Assembly: GCA_964551435.1 (NCBI GenBank)
Contig: CAZKBS010000009.1
Span: 709-64,708 of the forward strand
Origin: an uncultured Micavibrio sp.
GTDB taxonomy: Bacteria; Pseudomonadota; Alphaproteobacteria; Micavibrionales; UBA2020
Direction of reading: 5' to 3'
Length of the DNA stretch: 64,000 nucleotides
The notes under the pieces are model-generated. The model saw nothing but the letters and a program-made list of their open reading frames with translations. It had not been told where the DNA came from and ran no database searches. Positions 51,212 to 60,631 of this stretch are shown in pieces; within the stretch, counting starts at the first letter, position 1, and each line of letters begins with the position of its first letter. The translations under genes were made by a program, and so were the position numbers.

Positions 51212-51367
51212 GTGAAAAAAATGAAAAAATGGATTCAGGTTCTGGCTTTGGCGGCTGTTCTTGTCGCGCCGCTCAGCGCGTGCAACACGATAGAGGGCCT
51301 TGGCCGTGATACCAAAGCGGCGGGCGATGCCCTGACGGGTGCCGCGCGCGATAACAAAGGTTATTGA
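51212..51367 (+). CDS. Entericidin A/B family lipoprotein
   Basis: Sequence (V)KKMKKWIQVLALAAVLVAPLSAC NTIEGLGRDTKAAGDALTGAA has a lipobox plus the NT.EG.G.D motif typical of entericidins. Not listed as a separate ORF in the track. Confidence 0.75.
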   Translation: MKKMKKWIQVLALAAVLVAPLSACNTIEGLGRDTKAAGDALTGAARDNKGY

Positions 51368-51385
51368 TCGCCTATCAAGATAAAA

Positions 51386-51420
51386 CAAAAAACGCCCGCA
51401 ACATCTGCGGGCGTTTTTTA
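51386..51420. terminator. Bidirectional intrinsic terminator
   Basis: Stem AACGCCCGCA/TGCGGGCGTT flanked by an A-run and T6, between convergent genes. Confidence 0.82.
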
Positions 51421-51430
51421 TGCGCTGTCT

Positions 51431-54400
51431 TTAGAAGCCGGGGCGGTATTTGGACCCGCTCAGGCGGCTTGCCGGCGTCTCCGTGTTCGCGGCGGCTTGT
51501 GGTTGTCGCTGGCGCGGATATTTGATTTTCTGGCCGCTGTTGACGGCGGCGCTCGCAACGCTGAAGTCCTTGTCGATGGTGCCGATGCGGCGGACTTCTT
51601 TGCCCTCGCCCATCGCCTGCGCCAGCAGATAAGCGGGCGCATCGCTGCCCAGCGCGGGCTTTGCGACGACATCAAATGACGATGCCAAAGACAAGACGCT
51701 TTCAAAATCGGCGACGCCCTGAATTTTTTGCGCATTTTTCAGCGCCGATGCGCGGCCTTCTTTTTCAAGTCGCCTGAAAAGATCCTGCGCCCAGCTGCGG
51801 TTGAGATTGATGTGATATTTATCCTGATCCGTATGGATGTAGGTATGGTCTTGCGCGGCGCTATAGGCAATCAGCGATGCGCGCGACAGGTTGATGACAT
51901 CGGCGGGTACTTCTTCTTGCCCGATGCCGCCTTTGACAGGATTATCGACAAGGTTCGTGCCGACAACCTCGAAACCTTTTTCGCCGGAAAGTTTTTTCAG
52001 CGCCGCATAGGCCTCTTCGGGCTTTGCCGGGGTGCTATGCACTTCCTGACCGATAACCATATAGAAGGTGTTGTTTTCGGCGTTGAAATAGGCGTCTTCG
52101 ATCATGCTCTTGTGCGCGAAGTGCTTGCCGACGTTAATCACATCGGGCGCGGTTTTGAGCCCTTTATACAGCGCCTCCGCGAATTCTGCGTCTTCGGGAT
52201 GCACAAATCCGGGTTTGCGCGTCGGGCCGTATTTATGGCAGTAGAAACCGGCGTCGCCTTTGACGTCATCTTCGTATTTCAGATAGCCAAGCGCGCGCAT
52301 GTTCAGCACCAGCGTGTCCGCGCCGCCGACAGGCGCTGCAAATCCCGTATCGTTTGCGATCACATCCGCGATGGCGTTGCCTGCTGCGCTGCTGGGCAGG
52401 GCGACGGTATAAAGGTATTTTGCTTCTTGCGGCTTGCCGTTGTCGTCTTCACCGGCGGCGACTTCAAGGAAGTCGTCGAATTCGCGGCTTTCGGCGCGGA
52501 ATTCCAGCGATTTTTTGTCGCTGCTGAGCGAAATGATGGACGCCGCGTACGGGTTAAACCATACGCCCCCCAGATCCAGCAGCGGCGGCTGCGCTTCGAG
52601 GCGGATATTCCCCTCCAGCACATGCGCCGCGCCGTAGCGGTCGATCAGCAAATGGGTGCCGTCTTCAAGCGGCTGCAGCAGCAAAATGGATTTTTGATTG
52701 ATGCTGAAGGTCTCGCCTGTTTTTGGGTCGTCCTCATGCATGAAATCGGCGCGGCGGTGCAGCGCGGCAGCTTGCGCTTCGGTGCCGTTAAAATCGGCGG
52801 TATGGCGGTGCCAGCCGATTTTGGTACCGCTTTGGCTGGTCACGATGCGGTCGATATTCGCCGCGTTGATCAGGCCATCGTATTCGGCCTCGAATCCGCC
52901 TTTGCGCTGAAGCAGTGCCAGCGTTTCGTCGGCCATGTGCTGGCTGACGTTTTCCTGCAAAAGCTGGCCGACGCCGCTGATGGTGAAGCGCAGTGTTTTC
53001 GGCTCGGGGTTGTACCAGATATTGGCGATACGGCCGAGGTTTGTCAGCATGCGCTCTGAATCGAGGCGCACATTTTCGGTGATAAACACAGATTCAATCG
53101 CAGACAGCATGCGGGCGGCCTGTTTGTCTTCGGCCTGATCCGCCGCCGCGTGAAGGATATTGGCGCGTACGATGTCGCTATTATAAGGCTCGACCAGTGC
53201 GGCCAGCCAGGCAAGCTTGTCTTTGTCCTTGAGACTGTCCGACGCAGCAATCTGTTCCAGCCAGCCGCCGGGCGCCGTCAACTGCGGGCGCAGGGCGTCG
53301 AGGCCGCCATTGAGGAAAGCCGTTGCGAGCACAAGGCGCGCCGCCTGAATATCAAACTGTTCGGGGCTCGAGAGGCTGGGCATGATATGTTCGTCAATAA
53401 AGCGGATAACCGCACCATATTCGCTGCGTGCCGGAGCCGTAGATTTGATGGCGCTGCCGCCTACATTCCATTCGTCATGCACGCCGGCTTCGATGGCGGC
53501 CGTCGTCAGAAGGGACAGCATTTTCGGTGCCGCGCCCGTGGCCGGCAGCTTCTCGATAATCGATTCCTGCGGATAGGTCAGCGCCCAGAGCGCCATGAAG
53601 GCATGGCCGGTGCGGCGCGCGCTGATATCGCGCAGCGTATTCAACATGGCCTGCGCATCGCCGTTGTCGGCAGCGGCGGCGAAAGCGGCAACATGTTTGC
53701 TGACGACGGCGTCCTGCATGCCAAGGCCGGTCAGGATTTTCTCGCTCGCCTGGCCGATGCGCGCATGATCGCCGTCAAAACGTGCGGCGATGCGGTAAAA
53801 CGGCGTTTGCGTGGTATTGGCGAGGGGCAGCAGGCTCGTGCCATCTTCGCGCCCGCGCAGTTTTTTGAGCGTTATCTCGAGCGCTTCGGGGTTCAGCGGC
53901 TCGGGCTTCAGCACTTCGCCCAGCACGCGCTCGAAGATTTGTGCACCCGATTGCAGTCCGGCAATTTTAAAGCCGGGTTCATAGCTGAGCGCGGCAGACA
54001 AGAGCGCGATGCGGTCCGCGTCTTTTTTGACATGGGTGAGCGCGAGTTCTGCAAAGCTAGCCACGCCGAAATCGGTCAACAGCAGTTCCTTGCTGCGCTT
54101 GCTTTCCGGCGTTTCGTGGCGCGGGAACAGGGCGGGCATCTGGGCGATGAAACCCTTGATGTCCTGCGTATCCAGTTTGTGGGCAAGGCTGGAATATTCA
54201 AGCGCCTGCGCATTCAGGCGGCGGGTGCGTTCGGTATTAACCTCGTCATAGTCGCGCTGGGCCAGATTGATGACGTACTGCGGGCTTTCGTATTGCTGCA
54301 TCAGGCTGGCCGTAGGGGCTGCGGGGTCTTCCGGTTCCAGATTTTCGCCAATCCAGTCCATGAAGCTGTCGATGTAGTAATGACGGTCGCTTTGCAGACT

Positions 54401-54988
54401 AATCAGCTCGCCGCGCAGCTGGTGCCAGTGACGCTTGACGGCTTCTTCCTTGCGGCGGGCTTCTTCTTCTGGGTCTTGGCCCTTGAACATGCCGCCCAGC
54501 GACGACCAGAAGCCTTTTTTCTGTCCTTCATCCGGCAGGGGCGGGATATCGATACGGGTTTGCAGGCCGATCGCCTCGACCGTGTCGTTGGGTTTGGGTA
54601 CGCGCACGGCGGGCAGGTCTTCAAGAATGTCGGCGGGCACGCCGCGGGGCACGGCCGCCAGCGCTTTTTCAAGCGCGGAATTTTCACCAAAACGCGCACG
54701 CGCCAGGGCGCCGAAATCTTGTAGGTTCAGGATAAAACCGGCGGTATCGCCAAGGTTTTTGAGAACGTCGAGGGCTTTTTTCTCGTCGCGGTCCATTTCA
54801 ATGGCGCGCACAAGACGGTGATGGCCGACAATAATATTATTTTGCTGTTCCGACAGCCAGTCGCGGATGGAATCCGTATTGCGCTCCAGCGTCGAGAGGT
54901 AATCGCCCAGCTGGTCGCGCAAATGCGCGAGGACGTGCACGTCATCCGGCAGTTGGAAGGGTGTCGTCGATGGGGGTTGGTCAGCCAT
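51431..54988 (-). CDS. 1185-aa orphan protein, no recognisable domain, repeated modules in C-terminal half
   Basis: Single uninterrupted ORF with balanced, protein-like composition, whereas the antisense ORFs are Arg/Gly/Ala-rich. No signal peptide or TM segment. Confidence 0.7.
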   Translation of the reverse strand: MADQPPSTTPFQLPDDVHVLAHLRDQLGDYLSTLERNTDSIRDWLSEQQNNIIVGHHRLVRAIEMDRDEKKALDVLKNLGDTAGFILNLQDFGALARARFGENSALEKALAAVPRGVPADILEDLPAVRVPKPNDTVEAIGLQTRIDIPPLPDEGQKKGFWSSLGGMFKGQDPEEEARRKEEAVKRHWHQLRGELISLQSDRHYYIDSFMDWIGENLEPEDPAAPTASLMQQYESPQYVINLAQRDYDEVNTERTRRLNAQALEYSSLAHKLDTQDIKGFIAQMPALFPRHETPESKRSKELLLTDFGVASFAELALTHVKKDADRIALLSAALSYEPGFKIAGLQSGAQIFERVLGEVLKPEPLNPEALEITLKKLRGREDGTSLLPLANTTQTPFYRIAARFDGDHARIGQASEKILTGLGMQDAVVSKHVAAFAAAADNGDAQAMLNTLRDISARRTGHAFMALWALTYPQESIIEKLPATGAAPKMLSLLTTAAIEAGVHDEWNVGGSAIKSTAPARSEYGAVIRFIDEHIMPSLSSPEQFDIQAARLVLATAFLNGGLDALRPQLTAPGGWLEQIAASDSLKDKDKLAWLAALVEPYNSDIVRANILHAAADQAEDKQAARMLSAIESVFITENVRLDSERMLTNLGRIANIWYNPEPKTLRFTISGVGQLLQENVSQHMADETLALLQRKGGFEAEYDGLINAANIDRIVTSQSGTKIGWHRHTADFNGTEAQAAALHRRADFMHEDDPKTGETFSINQKSILLLQPLEDGTHLLIDRYGAAHVLEGNIRLEAQPPLLDLGGVWFNPYAASIISLSSDKKSLEFRAESREFDDFLEVAAGEDDNGKPQEAKYLYTVALPSSAAGNAIADVIANDTGFAAPVGGADTLVLNMRALGYLKYEDDVKGDAGFYCHKYGPTRKPGFVHPEDAEFAEALYKGLKTAPDVINVGKHFAHKSMIEDAYFNAENNTFYMVIGQEVHSTPAKPEEAYAALKKLSGEKGFEVVGTNLVDNPVKGGIGQEEVPADVINLSRASLIAYSAAQDHTYIHTDQDKYHINLNRSWAQDLFRRLEKEGRASALKNAQKIQGVADFESVLSLASSFDVVAKPALGSDAPAYLLAQAMGEGKEVRRIGTIDKDFSVASAAVNSGQKIKYPRQRQPQAAANTETPASRLSGSKYRPGF

Positions 54989-55231
54989 CGTGCCTGCAAT
55001 CCTTGGAATAGATATTTATTGTGAACCGGAGGCACTATAGCACCCGTATTTTCTTTATGCAAATTTTTTTCCGGAAAATAAAGCCCGTAAAAATTTTCAA
55101 TCATTTCATGGTTTTAGATTTACTTTGCAGGTCAAGGCACTAGCATGCAAAAATCCTTTCCCCGCCGCCGTCCAAGGGATTCGGCCGGGGGAGAATCCTT
55201 CTATTTTTTATGACGCTGGGAGACCACAGAC

Positions 55232-55660
55232 ATGCTTCAGGACTTTAAAAAATTCATTATGCGCGGCAACGTCATCGACCTCGCGGTCGGTGTGATTATC
55301 GGCGCGGCTTTTGGCAAAATCGTCTCCTCGCTGGTGGATGATATCATCATGCCGCCTTTGGGCCTGATCGTCGGCAAGGTCGATTTCAGCAACTATTTCA
55401 TCCCCCTGTCTTTTACCGACCAGAGCTTCAAGACCATTGCCGAAGCCAAGGCGGCGGGCGTTGTGACCTGGAATGTCGGCATGTTCGCCAATGCCATGTT
55501 CAGCTTCCTGCTGGTCGCTTTTGCGATTTTCTTTTTTATTGTCAAACCGATTAACAACTTGAAAAAGAAAGAAGAAGAAAAGGCCGCGGCCGAACCGCCG
55601 AAGCCCCCGCGCAACGAACAGCTGCTGGAAGAAATCCGCGATCTCCTGAAAAACAAGTAA
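55232..55660 (+). CDS. mscL: Large-conductance mechanosensitive channel
   Basis: [38 protein letters not shown] signature; 142 aa. Confidence 0.95.
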   Translation: MLQDFKKFIMRGNVIDLAVGVIIGAAFGKIVSSLVDDIIMPPLGLIVGKVDFSNYFIPLSFTDQSFKTIAEAKAAGVVTWNVGMFANAMFSFLLVAFAIFFFIVKPINNLKKKEEEKAAAEPPKPPRNEQLLEEIRDLLKNK

Positions 55661-55683
55661 TTTCAGGCAAGAGATAGCACATC

Positions 55684-55720
55684 AAGAGGCCGCCGGTTGA
55701 CTCGCACCGGCGGCCTCTTT
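55684..55720 (+). terminator. Intrinsic terminator after mscL
   Basis: A 14-bp stem AAGAGGCCGCCGGT/ACCGGCGGCCTCTT followed by a short T/A tract. Confidence 0.75.
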
Positions 55721-55752
55721 ATATACGGGTGCCATCAACTCAAGCAGGACAC

Positions 55753-56412
55753 ATGACGCGTATTTCCCAAGACGCACTCGATAAGGCTTTGCTCAAAGCC
55801 GCCGGCCAAGGCCGCGCGGAAATGGTGACAATGCTGCTGCGTCAGGGCGCCAATGCCGATGCCGGCGCGGGCGAAGCCCCCGCGATTTTTATCGCCGCTG
55901 CCGGAAATCACGCCGAATGTATCCGCCGCCTTTTGAGTGCCGGGGCCGATATCAATGCCCGCAATAGCAAAGGCTCCACCGCGCTCATGGTCGCTGCGTT
56001 CAATGCGAATATGAAAGCGCTGGCGGTATTGCTGGATGCGGGGGCAGACCGCAGTCTGCGCAACAAAGAAGGCGCCGATGCCCTGAGCTTCGCCAAAACG
56101 CGCGGCGCCGCAGATGCTATCAATATGCTGTCGCAAGACCCCGACGAAGTGATTCACCAAAGCCCTCTCGGCGACCGCGTGCTTGAGGAGATTTTCAATT
56201 TCCGCACGCTCGAGCGTATTTCACTGGTGCGCAAAGCGCCGGGCCAGCCCGTCGAGGCGCTTTACCGCGAAAGCTTCACGCGCATTGAAAACCTGCCCGC
56301 CCTTCGCAAGGCCTTCGAACAGCACCGCGCGCGCGGCGGCACGCGCCGTGAACAGGACGTGTTTCCGCAGAGGCTGGCCAAACCGGCAAAGTTGCGGCGT
56401 CCACCGCAATAA
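55753..56412 (+). CDS. Ankyrin-repeat protein
   Basis: At least three ANK repeats (LLRQGANADA; GNHAECIRRLLSAGADINARNSKGSTALMVAA; ALAVLLDAGADRSLRNKEGADALSFA). No signal peptide. Basic AKPAKLRRPPQ tail. Confidence 0.8.
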   Translation: MTRISQDALDKALLKAAGQGRAEMVTMLLRQGANADAGAGEAPAIFIAAAGNHAECIRRLLSAGADINARNSKGSTALMVAAFNANMKALAVLLDAGADRSLRNKEGADALSFAKTRGAADAINMLSQDPDEVIHQSPLGDRVLEEIFNFRTLERISLVRKAPGQPVEALYRESFTRIENLPALRKAFEQHRARGGTRREQDVFPQRLAKPAKLRRPPQ

Positions 56413-56421
56413 ACAGATGAT

Positions 56422-57795
56422 TTAGGCGGCGACCAATTCGCCTTCGAGGTCGTATTCGTCCGACGCCGTGATTTTCACCTTCACGATATCGCCCGGGTTC
56501 ATGCCCGTGCCGGATACGCGCACCACGCCGTCGATTTCCGGCGCATCGGCGCTGGATCGGCCTGTTGCGCCGCCTTTGCCGGTTTCATCGATGATGACAT
56601 CGATGGTTTTGCCGACTTTTTTGGCGAGGCGCTCCGCGCTGATGCCCTGCTGCAGGGCCATGAAGCGGTGCCAGCGTTCTTCCTGCACTTCGGGCGGCAC
56701 GGCGCCTTCCAGCTCGTTCGCTTTCGCGCCCGATACGGGTTCGTACTTGAAACAGCCGACACGGTCGAGCTGCGCTTCCTGCATCCACTCCAGCAGGAAT
56801 TCGAAATCGGCATCCGTCTCGCCGGGGAAGCCGACGATGAAGGTGGAGCGGATCGCGAGATCGGGGCAGGCCTTGCGCCAACTGTGAATGCGGTCCAGCG
56901 TCTTTTCCTGATGCGCGGGGCGGCGCATGTTTTTAAGAACGGCGGGCGATGCGTGCTGGAACGGGATATCGATATAGGGCAGGATTTTCCCCTCGTTCAT
57001 CAGCGGGAAAACTTCGTCCACATGCGGATAGGGATAGACGTAGTGCAAGCGCGTCCATACGCCCATATCGCCGAGTTCACGGCAGAGGTCGATAAATTTT
57101 GTGCGCACGGTGCGGTTTTTATACGGGTAAGCCTGATAGCGGTTATCGATGCCATAGGCCGACGTATCTTGCGAAATCACCAGCAGTTCCTTGACGCCGG
57201 CTTTGACCAGACGTTCGGCCTCCGCCAGCACCTGAATGATGGGGCGTGAAACAAGGTCACCGCGCAACGACGGAATGATGCAGAAAGAACAGCGGTTGTT
57301 GCAGCCTTCCGAAATTTTCAGATAGGCATAATGGCGCGGCGTCAGCTTGATGCCCTGCGGCGGCACCAGATCCACAAACGGGTCATGCGGCGCGGGGGCG
57401 ACTTTGTGCACGGCGCCGACGACTTCTTCGTATTGCTGCGGGCCGGTGACGGCGAGAACTTTGGGATATTTCTTGGTAATCTGTTCCGGCTCCGCACCCA
57501 TGCAGCCGGTGACGATGACTTTGCCGTTGGCGTCCATCGCCTCGCCAATCGCCTCCAGCGACTCTTCCTTCGCACTGTCGAGGAAGCCGCAGGTGTTCAC
57601 AATCACCACATTCGCATCTTCGTAATTCGGCGACAGCTGATAGCCTTCGCTGCGCAGCTGCGTCAGGATGCGTTCGGTATCCACCAGCGCCTTGGGGCAG
57701 CCAAGGCTGACCACACCGACGGTCGGGGCTTCCTCGTCCTTGGTGTTTTTCTTTTTGACGGTTTTGGCAGCGGGCTTGTTTTTGGCGGCGGTCAT
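56422..57795 (-). CDS. rimO: Ribosomal protein S12 methylthiotransferase
   Basis: UPF0004 N-terminal domain (VSLGCPK), radical-SAM CNNRCSFC, and C-terminal TRAM domain. Confidence 0.95.
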   Translation of the reverse strand: MTAAKNKPAAKTVKKKNTKDEEAPTVGVVSLGCPKALVDTERILTQLRSEGYQLSPNYEDANVVIVNTCGFLDSAKEESLEAIGEAMDANGKVIVTGCMGAEPEQITKKYPKVLAVTGPQQYEEVVGAVHKVAPAPHDPFVDLVPPQGIKLTPRHYAYLKISEGCNNRCSFCIIPSLRGDLVSRPIIQVLAEAERLVKAGVKELLVISQDTSAYGIDNRYQAYPYKNRTVRTKFIDLCRELGDMGVWTRLHYVYPYPHVDEVFPLMNEGKILPYIDIPFQHASPAVLKNMRRPAHQEKTLDRIHSWRKACPDLAIRSTFIVGFPGETDADFEFLLEWMQEAQLDRVGCFKYEPVSGAKANELEGAVPPEVQEERWHRFMALQQGISAERLAKKVGKTIDVIIDETGKGGATGRSSADAPEIDGVVRVSGTGMNPGDIVKVKITASDEYDLEGELVAA

Positions 57796-57917
57796 GAATT
57801 TCCTCGGTTTTTTGCGCCTGCTTATATATCAAAGCCATAAGGTTATGTAAAGATTTTGCTGAAAGCCTTTGAAAAAACTTCGCATATTCTATACATAATG
57901 CCGGATAAGGAGCCGTC

Positions 57918-58961
57918 ATGCAGGTCAAAAACCGGCAAAAAACCGATATCGCAAATCCCGCCCAAGACCCCGCCATCGCAGCGGTGATGGAGCGCTATGC
58001 CGTATCGCTAACCGATCATGTGCTCTCGGCCATGCAAAGCCCTGATACGGCCGCAGATCCCGTGGCGCGCCAATACCTGCCGGCGGCGGATGAATTGGTG
58101 AACACGCCCGAAGAGCTTGATGACCCCATCGGCGATGATGCCCATAGCCCCGTCAAAGGGATTGTGCATCGCTATCCCGACCGCGTGCTGCTCAAGCCCG
58201 TGCATGTTTGCGCGGTTTATTGCCGTTTTTGTTTCCGCCGCGAAAAAGTCGGCCCAGGCAGCGAAGCGCTCAGCGCCGATGAACTTGCCGCGGCTATCGA
58301 CTACATCAAAAACGCGCCGCAGGTATGGGAAGTGATTTTGACGGGCGGCGATCCCTTCGTGCTGTCCGCGCGGCGCCTGCAGGGGATTATGGCGGCGCTG
58401 AACGATATTCCGCATGTACAGGTCATTCGCTTTCATACCCGCGTTCCCGTGGCTGATCCTGCACGTATGACAGATGAGGTTATTGCCGCGCTTGAAAGCG
58501 ATAAGGCGGTTTATGTCGTCCTGCACGCCAATCACGCACAGGAATTGACGGGTGCCGTGCGGGCTTGCGTCAAAAAATTGGTTGCCGCCGGTATTCCGCT
58601 GTTGTCGCAATCGGCGCTGCTGCGCGGTGTGAACGATAAACCCGAGGTGTTGGAAAAACTGTTCCGCACCTTGACCGCGATGAAAGTAAAACCTTATTAC
58701 CTGCATCATCCCGACCTCGCCCCCGGGACGTCGCATTTCCGCCTGACGATTGAACAGGGACAAAATCTCATGCGCAGCCTGCAGGGCCGCGTTTCAGGTG
58801 TCGCTATCCCGCGCTATGTGCTGGATATACCGGGCGGCCATGGGAAAGTACCTGTGGAGCCGCGCTGGATAGAGCCCGCCGCAGAAGGAAACGGCTATAC
58901 CGTGCGTGATTATCGCGGCGGCACGCACCCTTACGAAACAACCCAAAAATCCGAAGATTAA
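57918..58961 (+). CDS. epmB: KamA-family radical SAM protein (EF-P beta-lysylation EpmB-like lysine 2,3-aminomutase)
   Basis: CAVYCRFCFRRE cluster and KamA-family length (347 aa). Confidence 0.8.
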   Translation: MQVKNRQKTDIANPAQDPAIAAVMERYAVSLTDHVLSAMQSPDTAADPVARQYLPAADELVNTPEELDDPIGDDAHSPVKGIVHRYPDRVLLKPVHVCAVYCRFCFRREKVGPGSEALSADELAAAIDYIKNAPQVWEVILTGGDPFVLSARRLQGIMAALNDIPHVQVIRFHTRVPVADPARMTDEVIAALESDKAVYVVLHANHAQELTGAVRACVKKLVAAGIPLLSQSALLRGVNDKPEVLEKLFRTLTAMKVKPYYLHHPDLAPGTSHFRLTIEQGQNLMRSLQGRVSGVAIPRYVLDIPGGHGKVPVEPRWIEPAAEGNGYTVRDYRGGTHPYETTQKSED

Positions 58962-59470
58962 TATCTGCTGTTGTCGTTGGCCGGGCAAGGATTGCGCGGG
59001 GTGTTGAGCGGATAGGCTGTCACGACCTCGCTTTTGTTTTCGTTGACGACAATCCGCACGCGCAAATTGCCGGACATGATGTCAGCGACGTGATAGCCGT
59101 TTTGCTGTTCTTTCCATGGCAGGTTGTCGTTGGCGGCGGCACGCTCGACGGTGGTGATGATTTTATCGGCATCCCAGTCGGCGGGAAATTCGGATTTGCA
59201 GGGTTTGCCCTGTCCGTACAAATGCCCGCCGCCGCTGCGGTCGCCATAGAGAATATGGGTGCGGCGCAGGCCGGTAATAACGGGGGGCTGCTGTGTTTCG
59301 GCCGCTTCCTTCTGGGCCGCTTTTTGCGTTGGCGGGCTGATTAGTGCGCTGATGCCCAGCGGATCTTTCGGGTCAAGCTTGGCCATGCCCCCCATCATCA
59401 GCGGAGCCAGCAGCGCCAGCGCTGTTACAAAAGCAAAAATCTTTTTAAAAAATCCGCGCTGATGGGCCAT
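58958..59470 (-). CDS. Exported standalone EndoU-domain nuclease
   Basis: N-terminal signal/anchor. THILYGDRSGGGHLYG...KSEFPADWDADKII...VRIVVNENKSEVVTAYP matches my recollection of the bacterial EndoU toxin domain. Confidence 0.78.
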   Translation of the reverse strand: MAHQRGFFKKIFAFVTALALLAPLMMGGMAKLDPKDPLGISALISPPTQKAAQKEAAETQQPPVITGLRRTHILYGDRSGGGHLYGQGKPCKSEFPADWDADKIITTVERAAANDNLPWKEQQNGYHVADIMSGNLRVRIVVNENKSEVVTAYPLNTPRNPCPANDNSRY

Positions 59471-59500
59471 GATTTCAATCCCCTTTACATGAGGGAAATT

Positions 59501-59962
59501 CTACACAGCCTTTGACGGGGGCGGCAAGTGCCCGCTGAGCGCCGCCAGCGTGGGGACGGCCAGCGGCACAGCGCCGCGCCCGCCACTTTTGCGGTCGCGT
59601 GACAAAACCACATCGAATTTTTCATCCTCTACCGCCTGCGCCAGCCATGCAGGGCTATCGCCACGGCCCGCTCGGCAGAGCGGGCAGCTGCCGTTGGGTA
59701 GTACGGGCATCACCGTGACGCGGGCACCGTTTTTGATATCCGCAGCGGCGCGATCACCCGTGGCGCAGACGATGCCCGAAAATTCATGACCGAGCACCAG
59801 TTGCGGCCCTTTCGCCGGCATGCGTCCTTCGCCTGCTAACACATCGGTGCGGCACAGGCCGGCGAATGCGATGTCGATGATGACATCATCATCGCGGGTG
59901 ACGGCGGGGGCGGGAAGGGTATCGACGCAGATACCGGTCTGGTTTTTCAAAAGGGCGCGCAT
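59501..59962 (-). pseudogene. Remnant of a zinc-dependent alcohol dehydrogenase (MDR family), internally deleted
   Basis: The N-terminal ~100 aa carry GLCRTDV and GHEFSGIV of the GroES-like domain. The Rossmann domain is missing, and the 153-aa ORF ends in an unrelated tail. Confidence 0.6.
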
Positions 59963-60118
59963 CTGTAACCTCGGCTATGGGGGTTTCCGCCGATTATCTT
60001 CGTTTTGAGCAAAAAATATATTCTATAAGAAGATATTTATACTCAAATAGAGCGCAAAAGAAGCCGAAATATCCTAAAAAATGCCTTGAACCCACTCGTT
60101 AATTTTAAGGTATTGAAG

Positions 60119-60158
60119 TAAAAAGAAAAGCACCCGATGTCGCCATCGGGTGCTTTTG
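60119..60158 (-). terminator. Intrinsic terminator after small acidic protein gene
   Basis: A perfect 11-bp stem AGCACCCGATG/CATCGGGTGCT, a 4-nt loop, and TTTTCTTTTT on the minus strand. Confidence 0.82.
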
Positions 60159-60189
60159 CAGAAGCGGAAGGAGTTCTTCCGACCGCTGA

Positions 60190-60399
60190 TTATTCAGCAG
60201 GTGCTTCTTCGGTCGCGCCGTCTTGTGCCGGAGCTTCTTCGCCCGTCGCGGTGGTCGCAGCATCATCAGCAGCGGGGGCAACAGCTTCTTCGGTGGTAGC
60301 TTCAGCGGCGGGAGCAGCTTCTTCAGCCATCGCCAGTACCGGCGTACCAGCCAGCAGCATGAGGACAGTTGCGGCGCTCAGTAGTTCACGTTTAGTCAT
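60190..60399 (-). CDS. 69-aa exported acidic Ala/Glu/Thr/Pro-rich peptide
   Basis: AGGAG RBS, signal peptide ending VLAMA, a 44-aa low-complexity acidic mature part, and a strong terminator. Confidence 0.6.
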   Translation of the reverse strand: MTKRELLSAATVLMLLAGTPVLAMAEEAAPAAEATTEEAVAPAADDAATTATGEEAPAQDGATEEAPAE

Positions 60400-60631
60400 T
60401 TTAGACTCCTATATGTTTGCGTACGAATGTGAAAACCGTTCGATAACTGGGCTTCGTCGTATCCTACGTTCCACACCCAATCCCAGTTCCTTCAATTTTA
60501 ACACCCAGTATGAAATTTTTGGTTAAGCGGTGCGCTTGTGCCGCATACATTTGTATGTCATTGAAATTATTAAGTATTTTATGATACAATCTTTAGTTGT
60601 AGGCTGGGGTTTGTTGATTTCGGGGGATATC

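Noticed and set aside
51728-54724. Plus-strand ORFs of 443 aa and 524 aa opposite the 1185-aa orphan
   Set aside because: Both are Arg/Gly/Ala/Phe-rich and broken into two frames. The minus strand gives one uninterrupted 1185-codon frame with balanced composition and proper flanking signals. I therefore call the minus-strand gene.
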